From Corallochytrium limacisporum Hawaii (Eukaryota; Protista; Pluriformea), in assembly GCA_002811645.1 (NCBI GenBank), contig PDIP01000032.1, forward strand, positions 277,213 through 341,212: a stretch of DNA of 64,000 nt, written 5' to 3'. The notes below the pieces were generated by a model that searched no databases, was not told the origin of the DNA, and was given only the letters and a program-made list of their open reading frames with translations. Of the stretch, positions 31,883 through 42,700 are shown piece after piece (position 1 is the stretch's first letter; every line of letters starts with the position of its first letter). The position numbers and the translations under genes were made by a program.

Positions 31883-33367
31883 ATGTTGGTGGCGCGCGTT
31901 TCTACAGTTCTGGCAAAGCGCACTAGCCTCGTTCAGCAACCCTCGACAGTATACAAGACAGCTAGGCAGTTTTCGAGCTCTCGTAACAATGGCTTTGATT
32001 CTTTGCCTAATTCGGGGGCTAGACTGTGGATCGGTGCGGCTGTTGCATACGGCTGTACATGGTTGACACCATCTAACTTCGTTAACGCCGAGGCAGAGCT
32101 ACCTATCGCTTCTGTGTACATTTGGGGAAGCAATCAGAATTTAACTGTACCAGGCGAATCTGCCAAGCAGTTTGCTCGTCCGACTGCCATTCCGTTCTTC
32201 GACAAGACCAAAGGCATTGCACAGATTGCCTTCGGTGAGAAGCATGCAGCAGCTGTTGGCAATAACCGTATCGTTTATGGATGGGGTCGTGCTTACGAGA
32301 AGGAAGGTGGCAAGGATGTAGAGTCTTCGGAACCGCGTCCAATCTTGAAGGGCTGCCGCGTGAAGGCGCTGAAGTGTACACGGGAGCATGTCATCATTCT
32401 GGATACATCTGGTTACGTGTACACCCTGCCTGTTAATGAGGAGAGCAAATCATACACTACTGGCTACTTCAGCAATTCCCACATCCCTCAGAAGCAAGTG
32501 CCATCTAAGTATGGAGCTGCCATTGACATGAGCGCGGGTGAGAACCACATTGTCGTTGTCACCTCCAAAGGGTACACACTGACCGCAGCCGTCACATTTA
32601 CAGGAGATGAAAAACGCGACAACAGATTCGGACAGTTGGGACGCTCTTACCCAACGGACGACAAGGAGTTGGAACAACAGAAAAATTGTTTTATGCCCGT
32701 GGATCTTCGTGATCAAGACAAAGCCTGCGCGGTTGCATGTGGTGCACGCCATTCGATTATCCGGACCGAGCGCGGCGAGGCATTTAGCTGGGGCTCCGAT
32801 GAATGGGGCCAGCTGGCTCTTGGCAATGACCTCGGTGCCAAGCCTGTGATCAAAACGCCAACGAAACTGAGACGCATCGCAGTAGAGGGAGAGAAAGTTG
32901 ACGAGGTTAAGGTCACTCGGGTTGCCGCGGGCGGGGATGTGACTGGCTTGGTGATTGAGGGCCGTAAAGGATTCCAGGAACTGCAAATGGCTGGTTTCGG
33001 ACTCAATGGAGCTTTGGGAACAGGTTTATGGACTCATGGACAGGCCCGACCTATCCGTGTCAAGGTGCTTGCCCAGCTACGGATGTATAGTGAAGCACTC
33101 AGAACACAGATTACTCAGCCGATTACTCAGGTCTCCATTGGGCTCAACCATGTCATGGCTGCTGTAGACACCAGCTTGGAGGATAATGACATCTATATCT
33201 GGGGACATAACCTGTATGCTCAATTGGGAAACGGAAAGATTGGGAATGTGGCTAGTGCTCAGGTCGCTCTCGGCACACCCAGGAATCGTGGCTACCTGCA
33301 GCTGCCTGACTGGGATGAACAGACCCGGTGTCAGGCTGACTACAACAACTGTGCCATCTGGCACTAA
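31883..33367 (+). CDS. FMP25: Mitochondrial RCC1-repeat protein (FMP25-like)
   Basis: Basic, acid-free presequence ending ARQFSSS, then a hydrophobic anchor and RCC1 repeats (VYIWGSN, FGEKH, AGENH, CGARHS, FSWGSDEWGQL, IWGHNLYAQLGNG). First ATG is at 31883; the track start is GTG. The symbol is tentative. Confidence 0.8.
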   Translation: MLVARVSTVLAKRTSLVQQPSTVYKTARQFSSSRNNGFDSLPNSGARLWIGAAVAYGCTWLTPSNFVNAEAELPIASVYIWGSNQNLTVPGESAKQFARPTAIPFFDKTKGIAQIAFGEKHAAAVGNNRIVYGWGRAYEKEGGKDVESSEPRPILKGCRVKALKCTREHVIILDTSGYVYTLPVNEESKSYTTGYFSNSHIPQKQVPSKYGAAIDMSAGENHIVVVTSKGYTLTAAVTFTGDEKRDNRFGQLGRSYPTDDKELEQQKNCFMPVDLRDQDKACAVACGARHSIIRTERGEAFSWGSDEWGQLALGNDLGAKPVIKTPTKLRRIAVEGEKVDEVKVTRVAAGGDVTGLVIEGRKGFQELQMAGFGLNGALGTGLWTHGQARPIRVKVLAQLRMYSEALRTQITQPITQVSIGLNHVMAAVDTSLEDNDIYIWGHNLYAQLGNGKIGNVASAQVALGTPRNRGYLQLPDWDEQTRCQADYNNCAIWH

Positions 33368-34290
33368 CCACCGCCATCATTCATGCATTATATACACCAA
33401 TACACACATTCGTAGACACTTGATTATGAGTAGCACCGTGAAACTGCATACGCGACTTCGATCGTGGAACAGAGAACAAGCTAGAGGCCTGACTCTGATC
33501 CGCAAAGGAGGAGGACGAATGCTGTGAAAAACGACTGGAGAGATAGACATCTCTAGCGGATAGAACAGCGATGATTGCGTCGGTGACGATGGCGCGGTGG
33601 GGAGGTCCTCAGTACTTGGTCAATGGCCTCGCAACAGCTGTTGCAACCAAAGCTGAAGTGTCTGGCCGCTTGGCTGGAGGAAGAAAATTTTTCTTCGTCT
33701 ACTCCACTACGGCATCGTAATCTCCCTTGGCTTCAGTATTGAAACTATGGCAGCGCCGCAAATGGCAGGTACTGGTGGTGCTCAAAAAATACTGGTGGAC
33801 AGGCGCGGGATATCCGCTTTCTATATAGTAGGTATTACGGATTGGATGTATATGTAACGGCTGGGGAGAAAAATTCTTGTCGACCGCGAATTGGCGGGTT
33901 TCCCAACTGGCTCTATAATAAATATATGGGGAACAGAGGGGTTTAGCGGCCAATAGGTAGAGTCCGTGGCAGCGAGCGAGCTGTGTATGTATCGATGCGG
34001 CCCTCTCTGATGATTTCAGTGGGGCCTAACACCGCGACGAGAGACCCACTACAAGATTCGTCGCCACCAAACGGAAAGTAGAAACAAGGCATGAAAAGGA
34101 AAAACTTACCCGCACCCGTGGTGCAGGTGAAGTCAGTGGGCTCTGTTGCTTGAGGGCTGTTAATTCTTTGGTGCTATTTTAAAAAGGTATCTTTGTACTG
34201 TAGTCAGAAAGTCTCCTCTTGACCTGAAAGCGAATATTCGCGCTATTACTTGAATCTGTTGAAACACAGAATACACAAACCCAGTCGGAA

Positions 34291-34896
34291 ATGTTTGGGG
34301 GTGGCAGCAACAACCTGGAGAAGCAGCTCTTCAATCTGCGCTTCACAGCCAAGAGCCTTCAACGTGAGGCGGTGAAATGTGAAAAGGCTGAGAAGGCTGA
34401 AAAGGCCAAGATTAAGAAGGCCATGGAAAAGGGCAATATTGAGGGCGCACGGATCCACGCAGAAAATTCTATACGTCAGAAGAACCAGGCCTTGAACTAT
34501 ATGCGGTTGGCTTCCCGCATTGATGGTGTCGCCTCAAGAGTACAGACTGCTGTGGCCACCAAGTCACTGACAAAATCTATGACTGGTGTGGTGAAGAGTA
34601 TGGACAAGGCCATGTCGGGTGTGAGCTTGGAGAAGATGAGCATGGTTATGGACAAGTTTGAGAACCAGTTCGAGTCTCTGGACGTACAGACCCAGTATAT
34701 GGAAAATGCCATGGGAAACAGTGTTGTTCAGACAATTCCTCAGGACCAGGTGTCGGATCTAATGCACCAGGTGGCCGACGAGCACAACTTGGAGATGAAC
34801 ATGGAACTGGACCAGACCAAGGTACCAGTTGGGGCCCAGACTCAGGAGGAGAACGATCTCACCGATCGGTTGGCCAAATTGAGGCAGCAGTCGTAA
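34291..34896 (+). CDS. CHMP1: ESCRT-III-associated CHMP1/Did2/Vps46
   Basis: LEKQLFNLRFTAKSL, ARIHAENSIRQKN, MDKFENQFESLDVQT, C-terminal MIM1 motif DLTDRLAKLR. Confidence 0.97.
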   Translation: MFGGGSNNLEKQLFNLRFTAKSLQREAVKCEKAEKAEKAKIKKAMEKGNIEGARIHAENSIRQKNQALNYMRLASRIDGVASRVQTAVATKSLTKSMTGVVKSMDKAMSGVSLEKMSMVMDKFENQFESLDVQTQYMENAMGNSVVQTIPQDQVSDLMHQVADEHNLEMNMELDQTKVPVGAQTQEENDLTDRLAKLRQQS

Positions 34897-35009
34897 TCGG
34901 CACGCACGGGTCGCTCAGACTATTTCTTCATATGACATATAACTATATCACCATTCTTCTCTTCTAGGATTGAATTTATAGCTATTGAGTACAATCTTGC
35001 GGCCAGAAT

Positions 35010-37757
35010 TTATGCCATTGGCATATTAGCTGAGTTGCTATCACCGAGTGGTTTCATGACAGCGCGTCGGGTTGACTGCCGGAGCGGTGTTTTGTTGGCG
35101 CTCTCAATAGCATCCTGATCCGGCGTCGAATCTTGGTTTTCGGTGGGTCCATTGGTGTGGCGGGTCCTGCGGGTGCCACGCTTCGAATTTGCAGGCTTGG
35201 CAATCTTTGGCGGTGTACCCATCAGTGGCTTCAGGTGCATAAGTTCACGGGCCATGCCTTTGGGAGCGTCGCCGCCCATAGAGGCAATTATCTCGTTCAG
35301 GTCATCTAACGTTGCACCGTCATCCAAATTAATGGCATCCAGATCGGTTCTTGCTGAAGCATCTTCATTCGTGGTGCCTTTGGCATTCAGGGGCGTCTCG
35401 AACATCGCAGTGTCATTGGCAGGTACCGTGTGGGAGGTGTCATTGGTACGTGGGGTACGCCGCCGGTTCCGTTTTCTGGTGCTTTCCATGTTGGCTGCAT
35501 CACTGTCACCCGCGTTCTCATCGTCAGTCTCTTCCATGAAGTTATCAGGGTTCTCCCCTTGTGGAAGTCTCCATCCGCGACTCCGATGGTAGTTGATATT
35601 GGCATGATGATCTAGGTCGTTATCGCCGTTGTCGCTTTCATCGTCCTCATCGGAGAATACACCTTGAGTTCCGAGGGCACGCTTTTGCGTCTCGTTTGGC
35701 CTGGATTCCAGAGGAGATGATGTTGAAGGATCCACTCCCTCCAATGACGGCTTTGGTCTCTTTCGAGGGCGGCGGGTAGCATCAGGGTCATCAAGCGGTG
35801 AGGGCTGCACGCCACTGCCGTGTATCAGGTCTTTCGCAGTTTTCTCCACCGGTGTGAGACTGCTAGTTGCAGATGGTAGCAAAGGTTCAAACTGCAGACG
35901 GTTGTTGTAATAGAAGTTCCGAATCTGCGCCTTGCTGATGTCCGGGAAGTACATGACATACTTTTCAAATACTTTGCCGTACTTAGGAACGAGTTCCTTG
36001 AACTTCTCACGATATTCTTTGGTCCACACCTGTGTCGGCCCACTTGGAGTCTGCTTATCTGTGTCAGACAGATCCGTTACCAGAATACTTGCAGGCGTGC
36101 GGGATTGAATTCCCGCCACTGATCTTGGTGGGGTACTCTTACCCTCACAAAACTCTTTAACAAGTTGATCCAGGCCCATCTTGTGGCGATGATTGTTGAA
36201 AAAGTTCCTCGTTTGCGAGCTGGTTTTGCCTGGGAACATTTGAGCAAGAGCTTCCCAATTTTTGCCACACTTTCGGACTGCATCTGCGAATCGAGCTTTG
36301 TCTTCTGCTGTCCAGAGAGTCGCAACCCCACGTTGTTGACTAATGCTTTCTCCTCTCTTTGCTTCTACCTGGTCAGCGATTTGGTTCAAGTTTAACTTCC
36401 GCCTGTTGTTATTAAAGAAGTTCTTGACCTGTTGCAATGTGTGATTGGGAAATCCGTTTTGGATGGATGCGTAGTCATATCCGTGGAGTTTCACTTGTTC
36501 AATGTACTTTGCCCTGTCGTCCTCAGTCCACAAAATGGTCCTGCCGCTACCAGACTTTCCTTTTTGATCCTCTGGAGGAATTTGCAATGATTCTTTGTCA
36601 CCCGCTTCCATTTCAACTTTCTTCCTCTCTTCTACCATGGCATCCTCACGTTCTCGCTTCCGTGGGACAGGGACAGCCGGTGGTGGACTCTCCTCCAGGA
36701 CAGACAGCTGGTCAATGTCCTGTGCTCCAGTTTGCATGGCCCGTTGCCCGGCGTTATATTTATCCACAAGAGGCTGCAGGTCTTTACGATTGTTGTTAAA
36801 GAAGTTTCGGATCTGTGAGTACGTCTTTGATGAGAAAGCATCCATCAGCACCTCCCAGTCCTTTCCACATTCAGCGAGTACGCGAGCGTACAGCTTCTTA
36901 TCATCCGTGGACCAGATGTCACGGACACCTCCTGGGCGCATTCGCCTACCATTCTCGTTGAACTCTATATCAACTGCTGTGTTATTGTCTGTAAATGAGC
37001 GAATGCGCCTCTGGTTGCGCCCAGCATAGTTCGACCCATTGTCTGAATCCTCTTGCAAGTCACTCTCTTCCGTTGTTGTGCACCTCTGATCCTCGGCTTC
37101 ACAACGGCGGCGCCACAGAGCCATGCACTCATCACGGGTCCGGGTCTGAACATACTTCGCAACTTTGTGCCATTTCCGTGTCCCGTACTTCTTCACCCCT
37201 CGGTCAAACAGTTTTTCCTCCCGATGGGTCCATAAAGAAGTCTTTTGGTATCCGTGTCCCCTGTCAACGACAGAAACCTCACTACCAGACTCTACATGGT
37301 TGTGCCGTGTCCTTGTCCGTCTATTCATGGAAAACTGGTCGTCGTCATCGTGCATGGCACTGCTCCGCCTGGGACGAGCATCGAGAGCAGACGACACTGA
37401 ACCTGATCGTCCATACCCTGTCCGCTCTCTGTGCCTACGCGACTGTTCATAATCAGACCTACGAATGTGAGTTGTGTCAGGTCCCAGATTCCGCCTCAAG
37501 AATGGTTCAGAGCTGTAGATCTGTCCGTATCTTTGGAAGGCTTCTACTTCATTGGTCTTCAACGCCTCATAGACAGCTTTAATACTAGCCCGAGAGGATG
37601 GCTTATTACTTTTTGACCGTCCGCGGGGATTGAGATAGATAAATTCGACTTTGTTCCGTTTTACTGTTTCGGAGTCCAGGGGTGCAAAGATTGCGTTGTA
37701 TAGGTTGTTAAAGTTTGCACGGATCCGTACAATGTCTTCTTCTGTAAACGCCGCCAT
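35010..37757 (-). CDS. 915-aa protein with five SANT/Myb domains
   Basis: One Myb-like repeat (WTHREEKLF...GTRKWHKVA) plus four repeats of W[ST]xxx[KR]...G...Qx[RK]NF[FY]xNxR separated by disordered linkers. Confidence 0.9.
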   Translation of the reverse strand: MAAFTEEDIVRIRANFNNLYNAIFAPLDSETVKRNKVEFIYLNPRGRSKSNKPSSRASIKAVYEALKTNEVEAFQRYGQIYSSEPFLRRNLGPDTTHIRRSDYEQSRRHRERTGYGRSGSVSSALDARPRRSSAMHDDDDQFSMNRRTRTRHNHVESGSEVSVVDRGHGYQKTSLWTHREEKLFDRGVKKYGTRKWHKVAKYVQTRTRDECMALWRRRCEAEDQRCTTTEESDLQEDSDNGSNYAGRNQRRIRSFTDNNTAVDIEFNENGRRMRPGGVRDIWSTDDKKLYARVLAECGKDWEVLMDAFSSKTYSQIRNFFNNNRKDLQPLVDKYNAGQRAMQTGAQDIDQLSVLEESPPPAVPVPRKREREDAMVEERKKVEMEAGDKESLQIPPEDQKGKSGSGRTILWTEDDRAKYIEQVKLHGYDYASIQNGFPNHTLQQVKNFFNNNRRKLNLNQIADQVEAKRGESISQQRGVATLWTAEDKARFADAVRKCGKNWEALAQMFPGKTSSQTRNFFNNHRHKMGLDQLVKEFCEGKSTPPRSVAGIQSRTPASILVTDLSDTDKQTPSGPTQVWTKEYREKFKELVPKYGKVFEKYVMYFPDISKAQIRNFYYNNRLQFEPLLPSATSSLTPVEKTAKDLIHGSGVQPSPLDDPDATRRPRKRPKPSLEGVDPSTSSPLESRPNETQKRALGTQGVFSDEDDESDNGDNDLDHHANINYHRSRGWRLPQGENPDNFMEETDDENAGDSDAANMESTRKRNRRRTPRTNDTSHTVPANDTAMFETPLNAKGTTNEDASARTDLDAINLDDGATLDDLNEIIASMGGDAPKGMARELMHLKPLMGTPPKIAKPANSKRGTRRTRHTNGPTENQDSTPDQDAIESANKTPLRQSTRRAVMKPLGDSNSANMPMA

Positions 37758-38330
37758 GATTTCTGCGAACTGGTCGGTTATATTTGTAGTATGATTTCTT
37801 ACATATATTATGCATGACTCGATAGCTTTTTATGCATAAATACCACTTGCACTTCACCGACTGGTCGTGATCGTATCGACACACACAGACCCCGTGCAGT
37901 AGCCCAGCCCGCCAAACTTTCCCTAGCCGTCCCCGATTTCCAAACCCTCCGCGCGCGAAAACCTCAGATTTCCCCAAGCCTCCAATCCGATACAGTCATG
38001 ATAGGGAATGTGCGAATATTTAATGAAATATTTAGGTTTTCAGTTTATTACACACTGGAACAATTGGGCCCCGGTGGGAGCACTGGGAGGGACATGTGTC
38101 TGCCATCCCTTACGAGTGTGTCACTGAGAAACTTAGTATATCCAGACAGAAAGGCGAGGACCAGGGCTCTGGGATACTCTGAGACGGAGACCTTATTTAT
38201 TCTTTTGAAATGTGACCAATTTCTTTCTGTCTAGCTACTTGGAACAATTATCTTTAGTAATTCCTTCCGGTAAACAATCCGCTGCTCTACAATAGTTTTA
38301 GCAAACAATCGTGTCAAGAATCGACTAAAG

Positions 38331-38816
38331 ATGTCGCGTCGTGCACCGAATTTGCCGAAGCCTGTTGCGGCGAAAGGCTTGTTTAAGCTTGGTATGGTCG
38401 TTTCCGCGCTTCGACCCACGGGTATTATTGCAGTCAGAACTGAGAAATACCGCCATCACCGTGTCTTCACACACTTATTCCGCACCGTTCATGCAAAGAT
38501 CTGGGCCCACGATCCGGAATGCAAGGCTGTGGAGGGTGACTTTGTGCGGATTAAGCATGCACCTTGGAGCGCTGGCGAAAAATTTCCAAAGGTCCACTTT
38601 AAGTTATTTGAAATCATCAAGCCAGCAGATCGGTGGATTGATCCTAAGACGGGACATGTTTACACCTCTGGAGACCAAGTCATTCTCAATGAAAAGTCAA
38701 AGGATCCCCCTATTTTCACTGATAACTACGACCGCACACAGCAAATCAAGCAATTTCGTCGCAAGCAATGGGAGCAGCAACAGCAGACCAAGCTCTCCAA
38801 GCTCCGTGCCAAGTAA
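38331..38816 (+). CDS. MRPS17: Mitochondrial ribosomal protein uS17m
   Basis: S17 pattern GMVVS...IAVRTE...HRVF...KIWAHDPECKAVEGDFVRI...KVHFKL. Basic N-terminus. Confidence 0.82.
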   Translation: MSRRAPNLPKPVAAKGLFKLGMVVSALRPTGIIAVRTEKYRHHRVFTHLFRTVHAKIWAHDPECKAVEGDFVRIKHAPWSAGEKFPKVHFKLFEIIKPADRWIDPKTGHVYTSGDQVILNEKSKDPPIFTDNYDRTQQIKQFRRKQWEQQQQTKLSKLRAK

Positions 38817-39752
38817 TTGTGTCGGGCACACACTTTAGAAAACGTTCCTGTCATCCGTCATCATAGTAGTCCATTACATACATAGATACCATTCATCATT
38901 GCTCTCCTATTTCTCGGTCACTCTGACATCCCTTCCATTAATCGCTGAGACAAGTTCACACTTGCTGTCATGCACCCACGGAGAATGTCGCTGTCTTGAG
39001 TTCACTGCAATCTTTCACCCACAATCAAAATTGCTGCCCTCGTCCACACGGTGAAGGGGGGCCTATTTATGTGCCAACGCCGCTGCAAGTTGGTCCAAGA
39101 TATGGCGCGGACGGTTCAAACCCACGGTTCAGCGGGTGGATTCAGTACCGAAAATAGCGCATTGCACCGCTCTCACCCTGCAGCCCCCTCCCAACCTCGC
39201 CGAGATACTCCCGCGCTTGGCAACTGCCCTATCTCAACTCCGGCAGTCCAAAACAGAAGTGAGACCGCGAAATATTTCGCACTGCGTCGATAGAAACCGA
39301 GACCGCTCGGTAAAGTATCTATGACATTTTATTGGCTGATTTTTTTGGAGGGAACGGATTACCACCGACATCTCTGTGAGGGGTCTCTCTTCTCCTCGGG
39401 ACCTACGGGTGTGTGCGCAAGGCTTGTTTGGAGACATCGGAACTTATTTCATCACGGTCTCAATGACTTCTGAGTGGCATTAGTGCACTTGTGAACTTTC
39501 TGACAACACTGATGAAGTGCTGCTACGGTTGCGATGGTAGCTGAGTGCAGTTCTCATCAAACGCCCTCCCTGTCTAGTGACGCTGGTGGTACTTAGGAAT
39601 TGCAGATCCTAGGGGTGAAGTCCGGTAGGAAATTGATATGATTTTTATTTGTACGCGGCTTTTTGTAAAGGACAGACATGGATTTCGACTGAGAATAGAA
39701 GAATTCCAGGTCACAAGGCTACTGACCTTGTCTTCCTCAGCGAAGATCAACG

Positions 39753-42700
39753 ATGTCAACCGTACAACAACGGCCTAAGGCGGCCACGAGGGCGCGCGAG
39801 AATGCACAGGCTAGCCCTGGAGGACGCCAGCCGCAATCTACTAAACAGCAGCAAAACGGTATGTTGAAGTCAATGTGGAATGGATTCCTCGATTCTATGG
39901 CTGCCGCTTTTGAGGAGCTATTTGATGATGATGAGTACATTCCTGTACAACCGCGTCTGGGAGGCCCCAGCGAGGTAGGAAGTGCGGGTCGCCCACGGAC
40001 CCGACAACAGCGTAATCTTTTATCGGTCTCCAGTCCTTCTAATCCAGACAAAGATTATTTCTCCTTTCAAAGCGCACCGATTGAATGGGAAAGAAAGGGA
40101 GCGATTCCAAGGGATGGAAGCTATCGCACGGAGCCGCCCACCAGTCAAGCAATCAACACGGAGCGCCACAAGCGTGATGCCCTGCGGCCACTGACTGAAA
40201 ACGCCACAGCGTTCCATAGGAAGGCAAGGGATCCTGACTGTTCCAGTGAAAGAAAAACATCGATCTGTGCTCCTCCCTCAATACCATCTCCTTCTACATG
40301 TACCGGTACTGTGAAGGCCATATGTGGCCCAGAGGAGACCAAAGCAGAAGCTGAGAAGCGCCGCCTTGAGGAAGGGAAGCGACTGGTTCGCGCGCAGCCT
40401 CGTGAATCTCCTCCACCCTCCACATCTGAAACCGTAACTTTGGGAGCGCGACGTTTGCCAGCACATGGAAACTTGCGCCACCGCTCGGGTGGACAGCTAC
40501 AAACTGTTGCTGTCGAGGGTGAGTTTGGCCACCTTCCCGCCTTGAGTCCCACTGGTAAGAAGGGGAAGCGCTTCCAGACTGCAACAGAAGGAGACTACAA
40601 GGTTCCAACTGGGCCCCGTAACAAGACTCCATTAACACTAACAGAGACGCAGCTGAAAGCTTTGCGTATTGCCAAGAGTGCGGACCTTAAGGCATTTGCA
40701 AAGTCCCTTGAAAAGCGGCAGGTTCTGCGCATTGCCAAGACTTTGACTGAAGCTGAAGATGAGGATTTGGCAAAGTTGGCGTCTCCGCAAAAGGGATCTG
40801 GAAGGACCAATCGATTTGTCAGGCCGTCGAAGAAAGTCATGCTATACCTGGAAAGCCAAAACAAGCCGTATCTGCCCAATATTTACGACTTAATCATGAG
40901 GACCGAAGGTAAAAGTGAGAAAGAATTGGAGGCATTTGACTGGGAGGCAGAGCTGCTGGACCTGATCGGTCGTGATCCTTCTCCTGGCACCATTGCAACA
41001 ATTCTAGAGCATGCTCCTCATTTGGGCAAGGTGCTGCAAAGTGAGGATTATGGTCTTAGATATGGAGTTGGTAAGGAATCGAATAGAACAAGTGCAGGAG
41101 CTTCTTCCGAAGACCCTGAAGGCGTCATGAAAGATCCTCCTAAGTCCCATGTTTTGGGCCATGGTTATGATCCACTTGGCGTAGCACTGGTTGCCACTAA
41201 GTTGGATTTGGATGGCGTGGATGATGATGCCGAGGGGGATACGGTAGAATCCACAACTGCAAAAGAAGAAGATGACGAGTCTCTGCACGCTCACAGCGAA
41301 GAGGATAGTGGGTCTTTGGCCAGCGCCCAGGAGTCTAGCAGCGCATCCGCGCGGAAGAGCATGGTAGCAAAACTCGTTGCCGGATACTCATTCGATTCCC
41401 TTGCCGATGAAGGAGAGTTGCAGGACATAAATCACGATCAGCTACTGACAGACCTAAACTCACGCCTGAGGGGTAGGATGTCCTTCACGCCGAAGCCCAG
41501 GGGACATAAGAAGAAGTCTACTATCAGCAGCAAGAAGAAGGTGGTTGCTATCGAGCCGGGCATGCTTTCGGAAACCTTTGATGACCTCGATTCAAAAATG
41601 CAAAAGTGGGCCGAAATTGGTGCAAAAGGTATGAAGGTTCCAGTGGAGCAATTCCTGAAAACAGCGAACAAACGTCGCCGTGGCTTCATTGCAGATTTCT
41701 CCTCCTTTCCGAAAAGTTTGTCCGGGCACAGTGTGGATGATCTTCATAATCTTTGTGAGGCGTTCTTGGAGTCTTCCAAGTGGTTTCCTGGAGGTAACCG
41801 CGAGATTCGCTGCCTCATTTTGGATTATGAAGCAGTGGAGTCCAAAATGGATTTGGTCATGGAGTATCTCCAAGTTCGCTCGTCTTTTGATACACTTACG
41901 GACTGGATGGAATACCATGAGGCACATGACCTGGACTCTGACTCAACATTGGCAAGGTCCAACAACTCTGCCTCCATGCGGTCTTCGGGCACAAACTCTG
42001 GGTACGGTGAGTTAACTTTGACACAACTCGGCAAGGCACAGGAAGAGCTCCTGTCAAAGTGGGGTGATGTGACCAAGACGCGGGGCAAAAAGTTTGCACC
42101 TTCTGGCCTTACCTTCTCCGATGAAGATTACGAAAATGCTAAACGCATTGGCATCTTCATCATCCACAACATCGCTAATTTGCAGGCAAAATTAGCAGCT
42201 AGTTTGGAGGTGAATGGTGAGACGGAGGCTGCATGCTTGCGGTCGAAGAGTCTGCGATTCGATGTTTGGAACCAGCTAAAGAAGGTCAAGGAAGTGGCTT
42301 CGACCGCAAACTTGAACTCCGACGACATCATTGACGATGTGTGCATGACCACAAGAGAGTATCTTCGTCTTCACGGCAATGAATATCGATGCGTTATCGC
42401 TAAGAGTGCCCGCGGCATTGTTGTTGCACATTTCGAAGAGATACTGAAGCTACTGAATCTGGTTGGCGAATTGTCTGTGGTAAAACAGCATCAGCCACCG
42501 CCAGCACCAAGTGGTATCATTATGCGGGCTGCAGCTCCGATCGGGCAGACTGGAGGACCGCCTCCGCCTCCTCCCATGCCTGTAAAGCTCCCGGGACTGG
42601 CAGCAGTGTCACCGAAGACCGCACCACCGTGTCCGCCGCCGCCACCTCCACCGCCTCCACCTCTGCCTGGTACGCCTCAAGCGAAAGGGGCTCCGAATGC

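Noticed and set aside
38341-38838. 165-aa alternative-frame ORF over MRPS17, and the antisense shadow ORFs over other genes
   Set aside because: GTG start and atypical composition. Explained by codon bias of the real gene.
39485-39549. C/D-box snoRNA-like pattern (CTGA...TGATGA...CTGA flanked by TGCACT/AGTGCA)
   Set aside because: No proper 5' C box and no recognisable rRNA-antisense guide. It would need snoscan or small-RNA data.
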